Part shown: positions 30,272 through 39,917 of the stretch, piece by piece
Layout of the letters: the number at the start of each line of letters is the position of its first letter
How positions within the stretch are numbered: the first letter of the stretch is position 1
Source of the DNA: Candidatus Limosilactobacillus merdigallinarum
Lineage (GTDB): Bacteria; Bacillota; Bacilli; Lactobacillales; Lactobacillaceae
Length of the DNA: 64,000 nt
Reading direction: 5' to 3'
NCBI GenBank assembly: GCA_019114515.1
Contig: DXFH01000011.1
Coordinates: 73,631 to 137,630, forward strand
Position numbers and translations under genes: made by a program
Notes under the pieces: generated by a model
What the model saw: only the letters and a program-made list of their open reading frames with translations
What the model was told of the DNA's origin: nothing
The model's database searches: none

Positions 30272-31138
30272 TTAATAGTCAATGTCATCAGGAATCCGGC
30301 ACTGCCCACCTAAATTGGTTAGTGCGCTAATTTTCTTCATATCTTCATCACTGATTTCAAAATCGAAAATCTCAGTGTTTTGCTTCATCCGCTCAGCGTG
30401 AACAGACTTTGGCAGTGGCAAGACACCCTGCTGTACAACCCAGCGTAAACTCAATTGAGCCGTGCTCTTGCCATACTTTTTAGCTAGTTCAACCATCGTT
30501 GGGTTAGTCAAAACAGAGGCTCCTTGACCTCCTAATGGTCCCCAAGCTTCAACCAGAACGTTGTGAGCTTGTAAGAATTTGATTTCATCAGCATGCGTCC
30601 AGCCGGGGTGGACTTCGATTTGGTCGACAGCTGGGGCAATCTTAGCGGTCTTCATTAATGCTTGGTAATGGTGAGGCATGAAGTTGGAAAGACCTAGGGC
30701 ACGGATTTTACCTTCATGGTAGGCATCTTCCATGGCTCGCCAGGTTTCAGCATTGATCTCGTCGGCTTGGTCACCAAACTGTTTACGGTTAGCAGGCCAG
30801 TGAATTAGGTAAAGGTCAAGGTAGTCCATCTGCAGGCGCTGTAAAGTAGCATCAAGTGCCTTTTTAGTGGATCCATAGCCCCGCTCAGTATTCCAAAGCT
30901 TACTGGTAACAAAAAGGCGGTGACGATCGATGCCGGAGTCTTTAATGCCTTTACCAACACCTTCTTCGTTACCATAAACAGCAGCAGTATCGATTAAACG
31001 ATAGCCGACGTTGATGGCATCTTCAACCGCTTTTTCGGCGACATCATTAGGGGTCCTAAATGTACCATAGCCCACGCAGGGGATGGTGACGCCATTGTTT
31101 AATTTAAGCAGTGAATTAATGTTTTTCAATTCAGCCAT
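30272..31138 (-). CDS. Aldo/keto reductase (2,5-diketogluconate-reductase-like)
   Basis: MAELKNINSLLKLNNGVTIPCVGYGTF...LIDTAAVYGNE...LYLIHWP. I prefer start ATG 31138 after AAGGAGGG. The ORF-track start at 31171 lacks an RBS. Confidence 0.92.
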   Translation of the reverse strand: MAELKNINSLLKLNNGVTIPCVGYGTFRTPNDVAEKAVEDAINVGYRLIDTAAVYGNEEGVGKGIKDSGIDRHRLFVTSKLWNTERGYGSTKKALDATLQRLQMDYLDLYLIHWPANRKQFGDQADEINAETWRAMEDAYHEGKIRALGLSNFMPHHYQALMKTAKIAPAVDQIEVHPGWTHADEIKFLQAHNVLVEAWGPLGGQGASVLTNPTMVELAKKYGKSTAQLSLRWVVQQGVLPLPKSVHAERMKQNTEIFDFEISDEDMKKISALTNLGGQCRIPDDIDY

Positions 31139-31320
31139 GATAACCCTCCTTAAAGAAGACCAGATAAACATTTACTTATTATTAGTAGCTGTCATCATAG
31201 TAACGAGTTTGATCATGATTAGCAAATTAATACCACAGTGCAAACGTTAAGCAATTTAATTATTTTTATGGGTGATGCGAAGATTAAGAATGACGAGCTT
31301 ATACCTGTCAGACGACAATA

Positions 31321-31355
31321 AAAAACGCTGGTGATTTTTATCATCACCAGCGTTT
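31321..31355 (-). terminator. Rho-independent terminator after thrS
   Basis: AAACGCTGGTGAT-loop-ATCACCAGCGTTT, with a T-run on the minus strand. Confidence 0.8.
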
Positions 31356-31428
31356 GATTTTAGCTGACAGGCTTTGTTAAATCGGCCGTAGACAGTTAAC
31401 ATATTAAATTGTTTCACGTGGAACAAAA

Positions 31429-33234
31429 TTAGTCATTGCGGGAGTAGGTAGCAATATCATGCAGAATTTCATCCATGAAGTCTTGCTTGCTCATGCTGTT
31501 TTGTTCCTGTTCACCATACTTACGAACGGAAACGGAGTTGTTAGCCATTTCGTCGTCACCAACAACCAGGGTGTATGGAACCTTTTGGGTTTGTGCTTCA
31601 CGAATCTTGTAGCCCATCTTTTCGTTACGGTGGTCAACAACAACCCGAATCTTAGCAGCCTTCATTTCCTTAGCTAATTGGTCAGCATATTCGCCATGCT
31701 TATCGTCGGAAACAGGGATAATGTGAACCTGTTCAGGAGCTAACCAGGTAGGGAAGGCACCCTTGTAGATTTCAGTCAGGTAAGCAACGAACCGTTCCAT
31801 GGTACCAACAACACCACGGTGGATCATAACTGGCATGTGTTCCTTGCCATCCTTACCCATGTAAGTCAAGCCGAAGCGGTCTGGCAGCATGAAGTCAAGT
31901 TGAATAGTGGACATGGTTTCATCATTGCCAAGGGCCGTCTTGGTTTGGATATCCAGTTTTGGACCATAGAAGGCAGCTTCACCTTCAGCTTCGTAGTAGT
32001 CCAGGTGCAGGTCGTCCATGGCAGCCTTCAGCAGTTTCTGTGACCGTTCCCACATCTCATCGTTAGCGTAGTACTTCTTCGTGTTCTTAGGGTCACGTAA
32101 GGAGAGACGGAAGCTGTAGTCAGTGATGTCAAAGTCTTTGTATACGCTCATGATCAGCTTCAGGATCTTAGCAAATTCAGTCCGAATCTGGTCTAAGGCA
32201 ACAAAGGTGTGACCGTCGTTTAAGGTCATTTCACGAACACGTTGCAGACCAGATAGGGCACCAGACTTTTCGTAACGGTGCATCATACCTAATTCAGCGA
32301 TCCGCAATGGCAGGTCACGGTAAGAACGAATGTGGTGCTTGTAAATTTGAATGTGGCTTGGGCAGTTCATTGGCCGCAATTCAAGCATTTCGCCATCACC
32401 CATGTCCATTGGTGGGAACATGTCGTCTCTGTAGTGTGCCCAGTGACCAGAAGTCTTGTATGCATCAACATTCATCAGAACTGGAGTGTAAACGTGTTGG
32501 TAACCATCGGCAACTTCACGGTCAATGATGTAACGTTCGATCGTCCGCCGAATAGTAGCACCCTTTGGCATCCAGTAAGGCAGGCCAGCACCAACCTTAG
32601 GGTCAACGAAGAAGAGATCTAGTTGGTTACCAATAACACGGTGGTCACGTTCACGGGCCTCTTGACGCTTCTTTAAATCTTCATCCAGGTCAGCTTTCTT
32701 GTAGAAAACAGTCCCATAGATCCGTTGCAGCATTGGGTTAGATGACATGCCTTTCCAGTAAGCACCGGCTACTGATAAAAGCTTGAAGTTCTTAACTGCA
32801 TCGGTGTAAACCAGGATTGGGGCCTTGGCAATTACCTTAACATCGCCCAGCTGGTACATCGCAACCTTGCCATCTTGAGCGTTTTCCTTCAGCAATTCGC
32901 TGGAGAACTGGTCGCTTTGAACATCCTTTAAAGCGTCATCTAAGGCAACTTCAACAAATTCAACCTTGCCGTCGTCCTTAGCCATCTTCTTCAAATCATC
33001 TTCCAATGCTGGTAATTCATCGGCAGATACTTGTTGATTATCTTTATCAGAATCAACCCAGAAGCGGCCATCTTCGGCAATAGCTTCACCGAAACGGATA
33101 CCATTGTATTTCTTTACCAGAGCAGCCTTTAGCATTAAAGCGGCAACCTGGCGTAATGCGTTCAGACTATCTTCTGAATCACGATCAATCTTCTTAACTT
33201 CACCATCTGGTGACATTACTGCAACTTGAGCCAT
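31429..33234 (-). CDS. thrS: Threonyl-tRNA synthetase, N-terminally reduced (no TGS domain, degenerate editing domain)
   Basis: 601-aa ORF. The class II core is intact ([46 protein letters not shown]), as is the anticodon-binding domain. The N-terminal ~195 aa contain no His and no Cys. Confidence 0.92.
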   Translation of the reverse strand: MAQVAVMSPDGEVKKIDRDSEDSLNALRQVAALMLKAALVKKYNGIRFGEAIAEDGRFWVDSDKDNQQVSADELPALEDDLKKMAKDDGKVEFVEVALDDALKDVQSDQFSSELLKENAQDGKVAMYQLGDVKVIAKAPILVYTDAVKNFKLLSVAGAYWKGMSSNPMLQRIYGTVFYKKADLDEDLKKRQEARERDHRVIGNQLDLFFVDPKVGAGLPYWMPKGATIRRTIERYIIDREVADGYQHVYTPVLMNVDAYKTSGHWAHYRDDMFPPMDMGDGEMLELRPMNCPSHIQIYKHHIRSYRDLPLRIAELGMMHRYEKSGALSGLQRVREMTLNDGHTFVALDQIRTEFAKILKLIMSVYKDFDITDYSFRLSLRDPKNTKKYYANDEMWERSQKLLKAAMDDLHLDYYEAEGEAAFYGPKLDIQTKTALGNDETMSTIQLDFMLPDRFGLTYMGKDGKEHMPVMIHRGVVGTMERFVAYLTEIYKGAFPTWLAPEQVHIIPVSDDKHGEYADQLAKEMKAAKIRVVVDHRNEKMGYKIREAQTQKVPYTLVVGDDEMANNSVSVRKYGEQEQNSMSKQDFMDEILHDIATYSRND

Positions 33235-33239
33235 AAGAA

Positions 33240-33537
33240 TCTCTCCCTTGTAAAAAATAAAAACGTCCCTAGTACCGACTTAACGATACTAGGGACGTTG
33301 GTTAACAAACTCAGCGTGGTTCCACCCAAATTCAGGACTAGCGCATTTAGTCCTCTCTATGGTGTGGTAACGGGCACGACCCGCTCCTCCTTATTTCGGA
33401 GGAAAATAGTAAAGGTGGCACTCTGAAAATCCTTGCTAATGGCACTTCCATTAAAATGTGTCACTCTCTGGTAGTAGGAATGATCAGGCATATCCTTTAA
33501 TTACTTTGGATTATATCATCGTCGTTAACGGTGTCAA
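33240..33537 (-). promoter_or_regulatory. T-box riboswitch leader with promoter, upstream of thrS
   Basis: Read on the minus strand: TTGACA (33537-33532), a 16-nt spacer, TATAAT (33515-33510). Then an AGAGA element, the T-box sequence AATTTGGGTGGAACCACGC (33332-33314), and the terminator AACGTCCCTAGTA...TACTAGGGACGTT followed by a T-run (33300-33253). A Thr ACC at 33416-33414 is a candidate specifier codon; I did not fold Stem I. Confidence 0.85.
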
Positions 33538-33561
33538 GCATGAAGATTAAAAAATCCTAAT

Positions 33562-34242
33562 TTACTTTTTGGCTCCGCTACCATTAGCAGGAGCTTGTTG
33601 ACCACCACTAGGTGCACTAGGTTGTTGTGCTGGCTGTTGCTGCTGTTGATTCTGTGAATCGCTTTGGCCATTATTATTGCTTTGACCAGACTGATTACTG
33701 CTACCACCCTGGTTGTTATTATTTTGGCCTTGCGAACTATTACCGTTATTATCCGAACGGGAAGCTGGTATCTGGTAGGTGGCTTGGTTATCACTGTCAC
33801 CATAGTTATCATTGTCATCAGAGCTTGATGAGTGACTCCGCTTATGCTTCCGGGAGTGATGACTGCTTGATGAAGATGAGACCGACGTGTCTGTGCTGTC
33901 CGTATTAACGGGGTGCTGTTGTTTAACCGCAAAGACAATGATCATCACCACTAAAATGCCCAGGAGCGCAAACAGGATGGTCTTGTATAATTTGCCCCGA
34001 TGACGACCATTGAACAGACGGCTGAAGAAACCGCCATGGTGACTCTTCTGTGGACGGTCTACAATTTGACGACGGCGACTGTTCACAGTATTAGAGCTTT
34101 CATCATTGTTAATCGGTGTAGCTGGCTGACTAGCCCGCTTCCTGGATAGGAAGGAGCGTTTTTGACTTTTAGGGGAATCATATAATTCAACCCGGCTGAG
34201 TCTTTTTTTATCGTTTTTATCCTTGTTATCCAAATTAATCAC
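33562..34242 (-). CDS. Single-pass membrane protein with an S/N/Q/G-rich low-complexity C-terminal region (unknown function)
   Basis: 226-aa ORF: basic N-terminus, one TM segment (ILFALLGILVVMIIVFAV), then low-complexity sequence. The overlapping ORFs in other frames are composition artefacts. Confidence 0.6.
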   Translation of the reverse strand: MINLDNKDKNDKKRLSRVELYDSPKSQKRSFLSRKRASQPATPINNDESSNTVNSRRRQIVDRPQKSHHGGFFSRLFNGRHRGKLYKTILFALLGILVVMIIVFAVKQQHPVNTDSTDTSVSSSSSSHHSRKHKRSHSSSSDDNDNYGDSDNQATYQIPASRSDNNGNSSQGQNNNNQGGSSNQSGQSNNNGQSDSQNQQQQQPAQQPSAPSGGQQAPANGSGAKK

Positions 34243-34354
34243 CTCAACTAGGTAAGTTAAACATTATCCCGTGTATTATACCATTCTACTAAAAACATGC
34301 CCAAGGAAGCGACGATATTACGCGAGTTTAACATGAAATTAAGCTTCACTTTTT

Positions 34355-34394
34355 CAAGCAAAAGCCCCTAACGTTCGTGGAGAATGCTAGGGGC
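34355..34394 (-). terminator. Probable terminator after ahpC
   Basis: GCCCCTA / TAGGGGC stem (34364-34394), with TTTTGCTT on the minus strand. Confidence 0.55.
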
Positions 34395-34418
34395 GTAATT
34401 GTAATTATGGTGTCAAAA

Positions 34419-34982
34419 TTAAAGCTTGCCGACGAGGTCAGCGCCTGGCTTTAAGCTGTCTTCACCAGGGTGCCAGTTAACCGGGCAAACACGGTCGCCG
34501 TGTTCACGGACAAACTGTGCGGATTCCAAGGTACGCAGGATTTCTTCCGGGTTACGACCAATGCCCATATTGTTAATAGTTTCTGACTGAATCACACCAT
34601 CAGGGTCGATAACGAATGCACCCCGTAATGCCTGGCCAGCGTTTTCGTCTAAGACACCAAATATCCGTGCTAACTTGCCGGCTGGGTCTGCAAGCATTGG
34701 GTATTCAATTTTGCCAATCTTTGGAGAAGCAGCAGCCCATGCCTGGTGAACGAATTCCGTATCTTCGGAAACAGAATAGATCTCAGAATTGGCAGCTTTA
34801 AACTTGTCATGTAAAGATTGTAATGCTTCTAATTCAGTGGGACATACAAAAGAGAAGTCAGCAGGGTAGAAGAAAATGATGCTCCATTTTCCTAATAGGC
34901 TCTGCTTGGTAATATCCTTATATTCTCCTTGTTGGTAAGCAGTGACTTTAAAGTCATCGATAGTGTGACCGATTAAACTCAT
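34419..34982 (-). CDS. ahpC: Typical 2-Cys peroxiredoxin (AhpC family)
   Basis: 187-aa ORF with FFYPADFSFVCPTEL (peroxidatic Cys) and a C-terminal resolving Cys context (DRVCPVNW). Confidence 0.92.
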   Translation of the reverse strand: MSLIGHTIDDFKVTAYQQGEYKDITKQSLLGKWSIIFFYPADFSFVCPTELEALQSLHDKFKAANSEIYSVSEDTEFVHQAWAAASPKIGKIEYPMLADPAGKLARIFGVLDENAGQALRGAFVIDPDGVIQSETINNMGIGRNPEEILRTLESAQFVREHGDRVCPVNWHPGEDSLKPGADLVGKL

Positions 34983-35065
34983 AATTGCTCTCTCCTTTAT
35001 TTAGAACTATTCTTAACTATAACTGAAGCATAGCCGTTTTATCCCGTTTAGTCAATCGTTTCTCG

Positions 35066-35108
35066 ACATAAAAACCCTGGTATTCATTTTTGAAAGAATA
35101 CCAGGGTT
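35066..35108 (-). terminator. Rho-independent terminator after mntH
   Basis: AACCCTGGTATTC-loop-GAATACCAGGGTT, with TTTTTAT on the minus strand. Confidence 0.8.
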
Positions 35109-35128
35109 AAGGTCGTTGTTAAATTTAA

Positions 35129-36787
35129 TTATTTTTGATTTTCAGCTGCTTCTTCGGCTGCTTGAGCAGTTTCATCAACGCCACCCTTTTCCCAAGAGTG
35201 TTTATGATGTTCAGCAGCCATTCGGCGATCACCACGAATGATTTCGTAGCAAGTCCAGGCAAGCAGAACGAGGATAATGATGATACTCAGCCATGCTAAT
35301 AGGTCAGCAGTACCTTTACTCCATAAACCAAAGCCTTCGTAAGTAGAAGGCAGGTTGCATAGGTTCAAGAAGGTAAGACCAATAACGGAGATCCAGCCGC
35401 AAATCCGAACCCAAGTGGAGTTCTTAAATTCACCCATTTCAGCTTCACTGTTAGTCATTAAGAGCAGTGGCAGCATTGAGAATGGCAGGGCAAATGCCAG
35501 GAAAACTTGTGAGTTTTCCATCAACATGTTCAAAGCGGAGTGTTGTTGGATGACGTTTTCACGCGCAGTCATTGCAACACACATTAAAACCGGAACAACG
35601 GAAATCAGACGGGTAACTAAACGACGTGCCCATAGAGGCATCCGCATGTGGACGAAACCTTCCATGATTACTTGACCAGTTAAGGTACCAGTAATGGTGG
35701 AGTTTTGACCAGATGCCAATAAGGCAACAGCAAACAGCGTTGACAATACACCAGATTTGGCAACGGCAATTAATAATGGGTTACTCAGCATGGAAGTGTT
35801 GTTTAAAGCAGCATATAAACCGAAGAAGGATGAGTCCTTAACAGCACCATACTTAAATACGGCAACCCCCATGATTAACAGCAATGCGTTGACGAAGAAG
35901 GCCAACGTTAATTGAATGTTGGAGTCCCATGCCGTAAAGCGAACGGTTTGACGAATATCGTCAACCTTGCTGTGGTCCAGCTTACGAGTTTGTGAAATTG
36001 CGGAGTGCAGGTACAAGTTGTGTGGCATAACCGTCGCACCGATGATCCCTAAGGAACCACTCAAAGGTGAAATACCCCCAACAACTGGACTTTGGGCAAT
36101 GGCTTTTTTGGTGGGAATTAAGCCCAAGAAGACACTTCCCCAGTCTGGATGAGAAAGAGCAACTTGATAAGCAAAGACGAATAAGATGACACAAATTAAA
36201 GCAGCCACAATTGCTTCAATTTTGCGGAACCCAATCTTCGTCAGTAAAAGCAGTACCAGAACATCCAGTACAGTGATAAATACGGATGGAACCAACGGAA
36301 TATGGAACAATAAGTTCAAAGCGATTGCGGCACCAATAACTTCGGCAATATCAGTGGCCATGATTGCAAATTCAGTCATGATCCAAAGAATGATACCCAA
36401 CGCCTTCCCCGTACGCGCACGAATGGCCTGTGCTAAGTCCATTTGGCTTACGATCCCAAGTTTGGCAGCCATGTATTGCAATAACATCGCAATCAAACTT
36501 GAAATCAGGATGGTCGTCATTAAAGTGTATTGGAAGCTTTGACCACCGGTAATTGAAGTCGACCAATTACCTGGGTCCATATAACCAACGGCAACTAAGG
36601 CACCCGGTCCAGAATAGGCAAATAAAGTGCGCCAGAAGCCCTTTCCATGTGGAACATCGACAGTTCCGTTAATTTCCTCCAGAGACTTTCCGTTAGCATA
36701 TTGAATTAATCCATGCCCACGGTGTTGATTTTTTGTGTTGGCCACGCCAAATCCTCCCTTTCTGCGTGTCTTTTGAAGGTTTGCCAT
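35129..36787 (-). CDS. mntH: Nramp-family Mn2+/Fe2+ transporter MntH
   Basis: GFWRTLFAYSGPGALVAVGYMDPGNWSTSI and MPHNLYLHS motifs. The real start is more likely GTG 36745, preceded by AAGGGAGGA; ATG 36787 has no RBS. Confidence 0.93.
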   Translation of the reverse strand: MANLQKTRRKGGFGVANTKNQHRGHGLIQYANGKSLEEINGTVDVPHGKGFWRTLFAYSGPGALVAVGYMDPGNWSTSITGGQSFQYTLMTTILISSLIAMLLQYMAAKLGIVSQMDLAQAIRARTGKALGIILWIMTEFAIMATDIAEVIGAAIALNLLFHIPLVPSVFITVLDVLVLLLLTKIGFRKIEAIVAALICVILFVFAYQVALSHPDWGSVFLGLIPTKKAIAQSPVVGGISPLSGSLGIIGATVMPHNLYLHSAISQTRKLDHSKVDDIRQTVRFTAWDSNIQLTLAFFVNALLLIMGVAVFKYGAVKDSSFFGLYAALNNTSMLSNPLLIAVAKSGVLSTLFAVALLASGQNSTITGTLTGQVIMEGFVHMRMPLWARRLVTRLISVVPVLMCVAMTARENVIQQHSALNMLMENSQVFLAFALPFSMLPLLLMTNSEAEMGEFKNSTWVRICGWISVIGLTFLNLCNLPSTYEGFGLWSKGTADLLAWLSIIIILVLLAWTCYEIIRGDRRMAAEHHKHSWEKGGVDETAQAAEEAAENQK

Positions 36788-36815
36788 TAAATATTATCTT
36801 AACGGAAGACCATTG

Positions 36816-36834
36816 TTAGGTTAGCATAAAAAAT
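36816..36834. promoter_or_regulatory. Candidate DtxR/MntR-family operator upstream of mntH
   Basis: TTAGGTTAGCATAAAAAAT. The left half is identical to the TTAGGTTAG half of the classical DtxR/IdeR box; the right half is degenerate. Confidence 0.4.
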
Positions 36835-36969
36835 AACTCGTTTCAATAGAAATACCGAACTATCGGTATTTTTGGCGAGTCAATTTATTAAATTTAGCTC
36901 ATATTACGACTTTCATGGTGGGGCTTACATTGTTGTTGCAGCACATTATCTATTAAAAATGGTAAACGT

Positions 36970-36998
36970 TTGACATTTAATAAATTTATCCGTATACT
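36970..36998 (+). promoter_or_regulatory. Sigma-A-type promoter of the zinc-ADH gene
   Basis: TTGACA (36970-36975), a 17-nt spacer, then TATACT (36993-36998). Confidence 0.6.
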
Positions 36999-37042
36999 AT
37001 CCCTGAAAAATTAATGAATTAATTCACAAGGAAGGGAACAAC

Positions 37043-38053
37043 ATGCAAGCACTTGTACTAGAAGGAAAGAAAAAATTACAACTCGAAGATTATGATGTTC
37101 CAGCAATCAAGCCAGACGAAGTATTAGTTCACACCGCATATGCCGGTATTTGTGGGACTGACAAGGGCTTATATGCTGGTTTGCCCGGATCTGCTGAAGC
37201 CGTTCCACCGATTGTATTGGGTCACGAAAACTCCGGGGTGGTAGCAAAGGTTGGCTCAGCAGTTACTAATGTTAAGGAAGGCGATCGGGTAACGGTTGAC
37301 CCTAATATTTACTGTGGTCAATGCAAGTACTGCCGTACGCAACGCCCAGAACTGTGTGAACACCTGGATGCCGTTGGGGTAACTCGTAATGGTGGCTTTG
37401 AAGAATACTTCACGGCTCCTGCCAAGGTTGTTTACCCAATTCCGGATGACGTTTCACTGAAAGCGGCAGCCGTAGTAGAACCAATCTCCTGTGCTATGCA
37501 CGGGGTTGACCTGCTGACGACTCACCCTTACCAAAAGGCATTAGTACTTGGTGATGGTTTTGAAGGACAACTGTTTGCACAAATTCTGAAGGCACGTGGT
37601 ATTCACGAAGTTACGCTTGCCGGCCGGTCTGACGAAAAATTGGAAAATAACCGTAAGCATTTCGGCATCAACACGATTAACAACACGAAAGAGGAAATTC
37701 CGGACAGTGCTTTTGATATTGTGGTAGAAGCTGTTGGTCTGCCAGCTACCCAAGAACAGGCTCTGGCAGCAGCTGCTCGTGGTGGTCAAGTACTGATGTT
37801 TGGGGTTGGTAATCCTGATGATAAGTTCTCAGTCAACACTTACGACATCTTCCACAAACAGTTGACCATTCAAGGGGCCTTCATTAACCCTTACACCTTT
37901 AAAGATTCCATTGCTCTGCTTGCATCCGGCATGGTGAACCCACTGCCGCTGTTCTCCCATGAATTAGACTTAAATGGTGTAGAAGACTTTGTTAGTGGTA
38001 AATTAGGCAAAGTTTCTAAGGCAATTGTTAAAGTTGGCGGCGAAAACGCCTAG
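37043..38053 (+). CDS. Zinc-dependent medium-chain alcohol/polyol dehydrogenase (threonine/sorbitol-dehydrogenase-like)
   Basis: 336-aa ORF with GICGTD, GHENSGVV, the structural-zinc motif CGQCKYCRTQRPELC, and Rossmann VLGDGFEG. Substrate not assignable from sequence. Confidence 0.88.
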   Translation: MQALVLEGKKKLQLEDYDVPAIKPDEVLVHTAYAGICGTDKGLYAGLPGSAEAVPPIVLGHENSGVVAKVGSAVTNVKEGDRVTVDPNIYCGQCKYCRTQRPELCEHLDAVGVTRNGGFEEYFTAPAKVVYPIPDDVSLKAAAVVEPISCAMHGVDLLTTHPYQKALVLGDGFEGQLFAQILKARGIHEVTLAGRSDEKLENNRKHFGINTINNTKEEIPDSAFDIVVEAVGLPATQEQALAAAARGGQVLMFGVGNPDDKFSVNTYDIFHKQLTIQGAFINPYTFKDSIALLASGMVNPLPLFSHELDLNGVEDFVSGKLGKVSKAIVKVGGENA

Positions 38054-38245
38054 TGAAGTTGCCTTAACAAATAAAACTTCCGTTATTTAAATAAAATGCT
38101 AAAGCGATTAGCTGGTAATACTTGGAGATAAGTGTTATCAGCCTTTCTGGTTTATCGGGCGTGATTGTGCAGCCAAAAGGACTCCAATCATGCCCTTTTT
38201 GCGTAGGTAAACTATTGCAGTAAAGTTAAGAATAAATTTTAGTAA

Positions 38246-38305
38246 TTGACACAATGTCACTGACCCGCTACAATAACTGCATAAATTTGAAATGACGCGA
38301 TGTCA
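38246..38305 (+). promoter_or_regulatory. Promoter plus two TGACNCNATGTCA operator-like palindromes upstream of the TetR gene
   Basis: TTGACA (38246-38251), a 17-nt spacer, then TACAAT (38269-38274). TGACACAATGTCA at 38247-38259 overlaps the -35 element. TGACGCGATGTCA at 38293-38305 lies just before the RBS. Confidence 0.6.
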
Positions 38306-38319
38306 TCAGGAGGAATACA

Positions 38320-38847
38320 ATGCCATCAGCAACATTCAATCACCTGGCGTTAGAGAAACGTACGCGTATTCGCCGAGCATTGCTGCAGGAATTTAGCAAT
38401 TACTCGCTAGAGCAAGCACAAGTAGCACGCATTGTTAAAAATGCCGGGATTGCACGCGGAGCCTTTTACAAATACTTTGACAGCCTTACTTCTGCTTATG
38501 TATGGCTGCTAAACGATGTAATGAACAAGCTAAATATTCATTACTACTCGATTGACCAGCATAAAGCTGATGAGTTTGTGATGCGGGTGACCGAACTAAA
38601 TCAAGAGGTACAAGGAAGCGAGTATCGTGACCTATTAGTCCACCATTATCAGACCAATGCCGGCGTTTTACGAGAGTCTTTCATGACTAATCACCGTTGC
38701 AATGATTTAGATCACCTAACATCTAAAGAATGGGCAGTAATGATACTTTGTCATGAGGCCTTTCGTGAGCTGCTATTAAAAGAAACCGCTGATGACGACA
38801 TTGTTCAACGTCTTCGACAGTCTTTATTTGCAATTCTGGGGAGGTAA
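38320..38847 (+). CDS. TetR/AcrR-family transcriptional regulator
   Basis: 175-aa ORF with an N-terminal HTH (QVARIVKNAGIARGAFYKYF). Confidence 0.88.
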   Translation: MPSATFNHLALEKRTRIRRALLQEFSNYSLEQAQVARIVKNAGIARGAFYKYFDSLTSAYVWLLNDVMNKLNIHYYSIDQHKADEFVMRVTELNQEVQGSEYRDLLVHHYQTNAGVLRESFMTNHRCNDLDHLTSKEWAVMILCHEAFRELLLKETADDDIVQRLRQSLFAILGR

Positions 38848-38850
38848 ATC

Positions 38851-39909
38851 ATGTTTCTTGCTCTAAAGGAAATCAAACATGAAAAATTACGTTATAGCCT
38901 GGTTATCGGCATGGTCGTTCTTATTGCATACTTAATCGTCATGCTGCTGGGATTAATGCAAGGGTTAGGCAATGAAAATACTGCTGCAGTTGAGTCATGG
39001 GGTACTAAGCAGGTTATGTTGGATAAGAATGCCAATATTTCTATGAATCAATCACTGGTGACAAAGGATCAGTCTAAGAATTTAACCAAGCATGAAGCAC
39101 TGGTGGGGCAAGTGCCGATTGTGATGAAGGGGATAAAGCATGGTCAAAAGCAATCAATGCAGTACTTTGGCTTGAATCGTTCTCAATATTTATTAAAGGA
39201 CAAAGTTAAAATTGTGGAAGGCAGAAAGCCGCATAATGATCATGAACTGGTTTTGGATGAGTCCCTGAAAGAAAAAGAGTACCGACTAGGACAAGAAGTA
39301 AAACTTAATTCACTGACAACACATTATAAAATTGTCGGTTTTGCTAAGGATGCCAAATTTAATATTGCACCATTGGCAATTGGTAGTTTAGATACATGGC
39401 GTGAATTGAAAGGTACCGGACAACAGTTTTTGGCCAGCGGCATCTGGGCGGATCAAAAGGTGGGCTCTAATCGCCAAAAGGATTTAGCTCACTATGACGT
39501 CCAAACATTCATTAAAAAACTACCTGGCTATACTGCCCAGAATACGACCTTTGAATTCATGATTGGCTTTCTGCTGTTGATTTCATTGATTGTGATTGCA
39601 ATCTTCTTGTATATTCTGACAATGCAAAAGGAAGTTCAATATGCTGTTTTAAGGGCTCAAGGGATCCCTGCTGGGTTTATCGTCTGGTCGATCATTGCCC
39701 AGTCCATTATCTTGATGGTGACTGGTGTAGTTATTGCTAACTTGTTAGCACTAGGCACTTCCTTAGCAATGCCAGCTGCCGTGCCGTTCATGATTATGTG
39801 GCCGCAAACCATTTTGCTAGATTTGGCCCTATTAATTGTCGGGATTGCTGGATCGCTTTTGCCAGTAAGAATGATTTTGAAGATTGACCCTGTTGATGCA
39901 TTGCAATAG
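38851..39909 (+). CDS. ABC transporter permease (FtsX family, 4 TM)
   Basis: 352-aa ORF: one N-terminal TM segment, a ~200-aa extracytoplasmic domain, then three C-terminal TM segments ending ILKIDPVDALQ. Confidence 0.88.
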   Translation: MFLALKEIKHEKLRYSLVIGMVVLIAYLIVMLLGLMQGLGNENTAAVESWGTKQVMLDKNANISMNQSLVTKDQSKNLTKHEALVGQVPIVMKGIKHGQKQSMQYFGLNRSQYLLKDKVKIVEGRKPHNDHELVLDESLKEKEYRLGQEVKLNSLTTHYKIVGFAKDAKFNIAPLAIGSLDTWRELKGTGQQFLASGIWADQKVGSNRQKDLAHYDVQTFIKKLPGYTAQNTTFEFMIGFLLLISLIVIAIFLYILTMQKEVQYAVLRAQGIPAGFIVWSIIAQSIILMVTGVVIANLLALGTSLAMPAAVPFMIMWPQTILLDLALLIVGIAGSLLPVRMILKIDPVDALQ

Positions 39910-39917
39910 GAGGATCC

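Noticed and set aside
31296-31380. An 8-bp inverted repeat, CCTGTCAG / CTGACAGG, flanking the thrS terminator hairpin.
   Set aside because: It is short enough to be chance. It may simply extend the terminator stem, and there is no supporting second copy.
33534-33938. Two additional ORFs (33534-33938 minus, 33627-33908 plus) overlapping the low-complexity membrane protein gene.
   Set aside because: They are products of repetitive Q/N/S/G codon composition read in other frames. They have no independent start signals.
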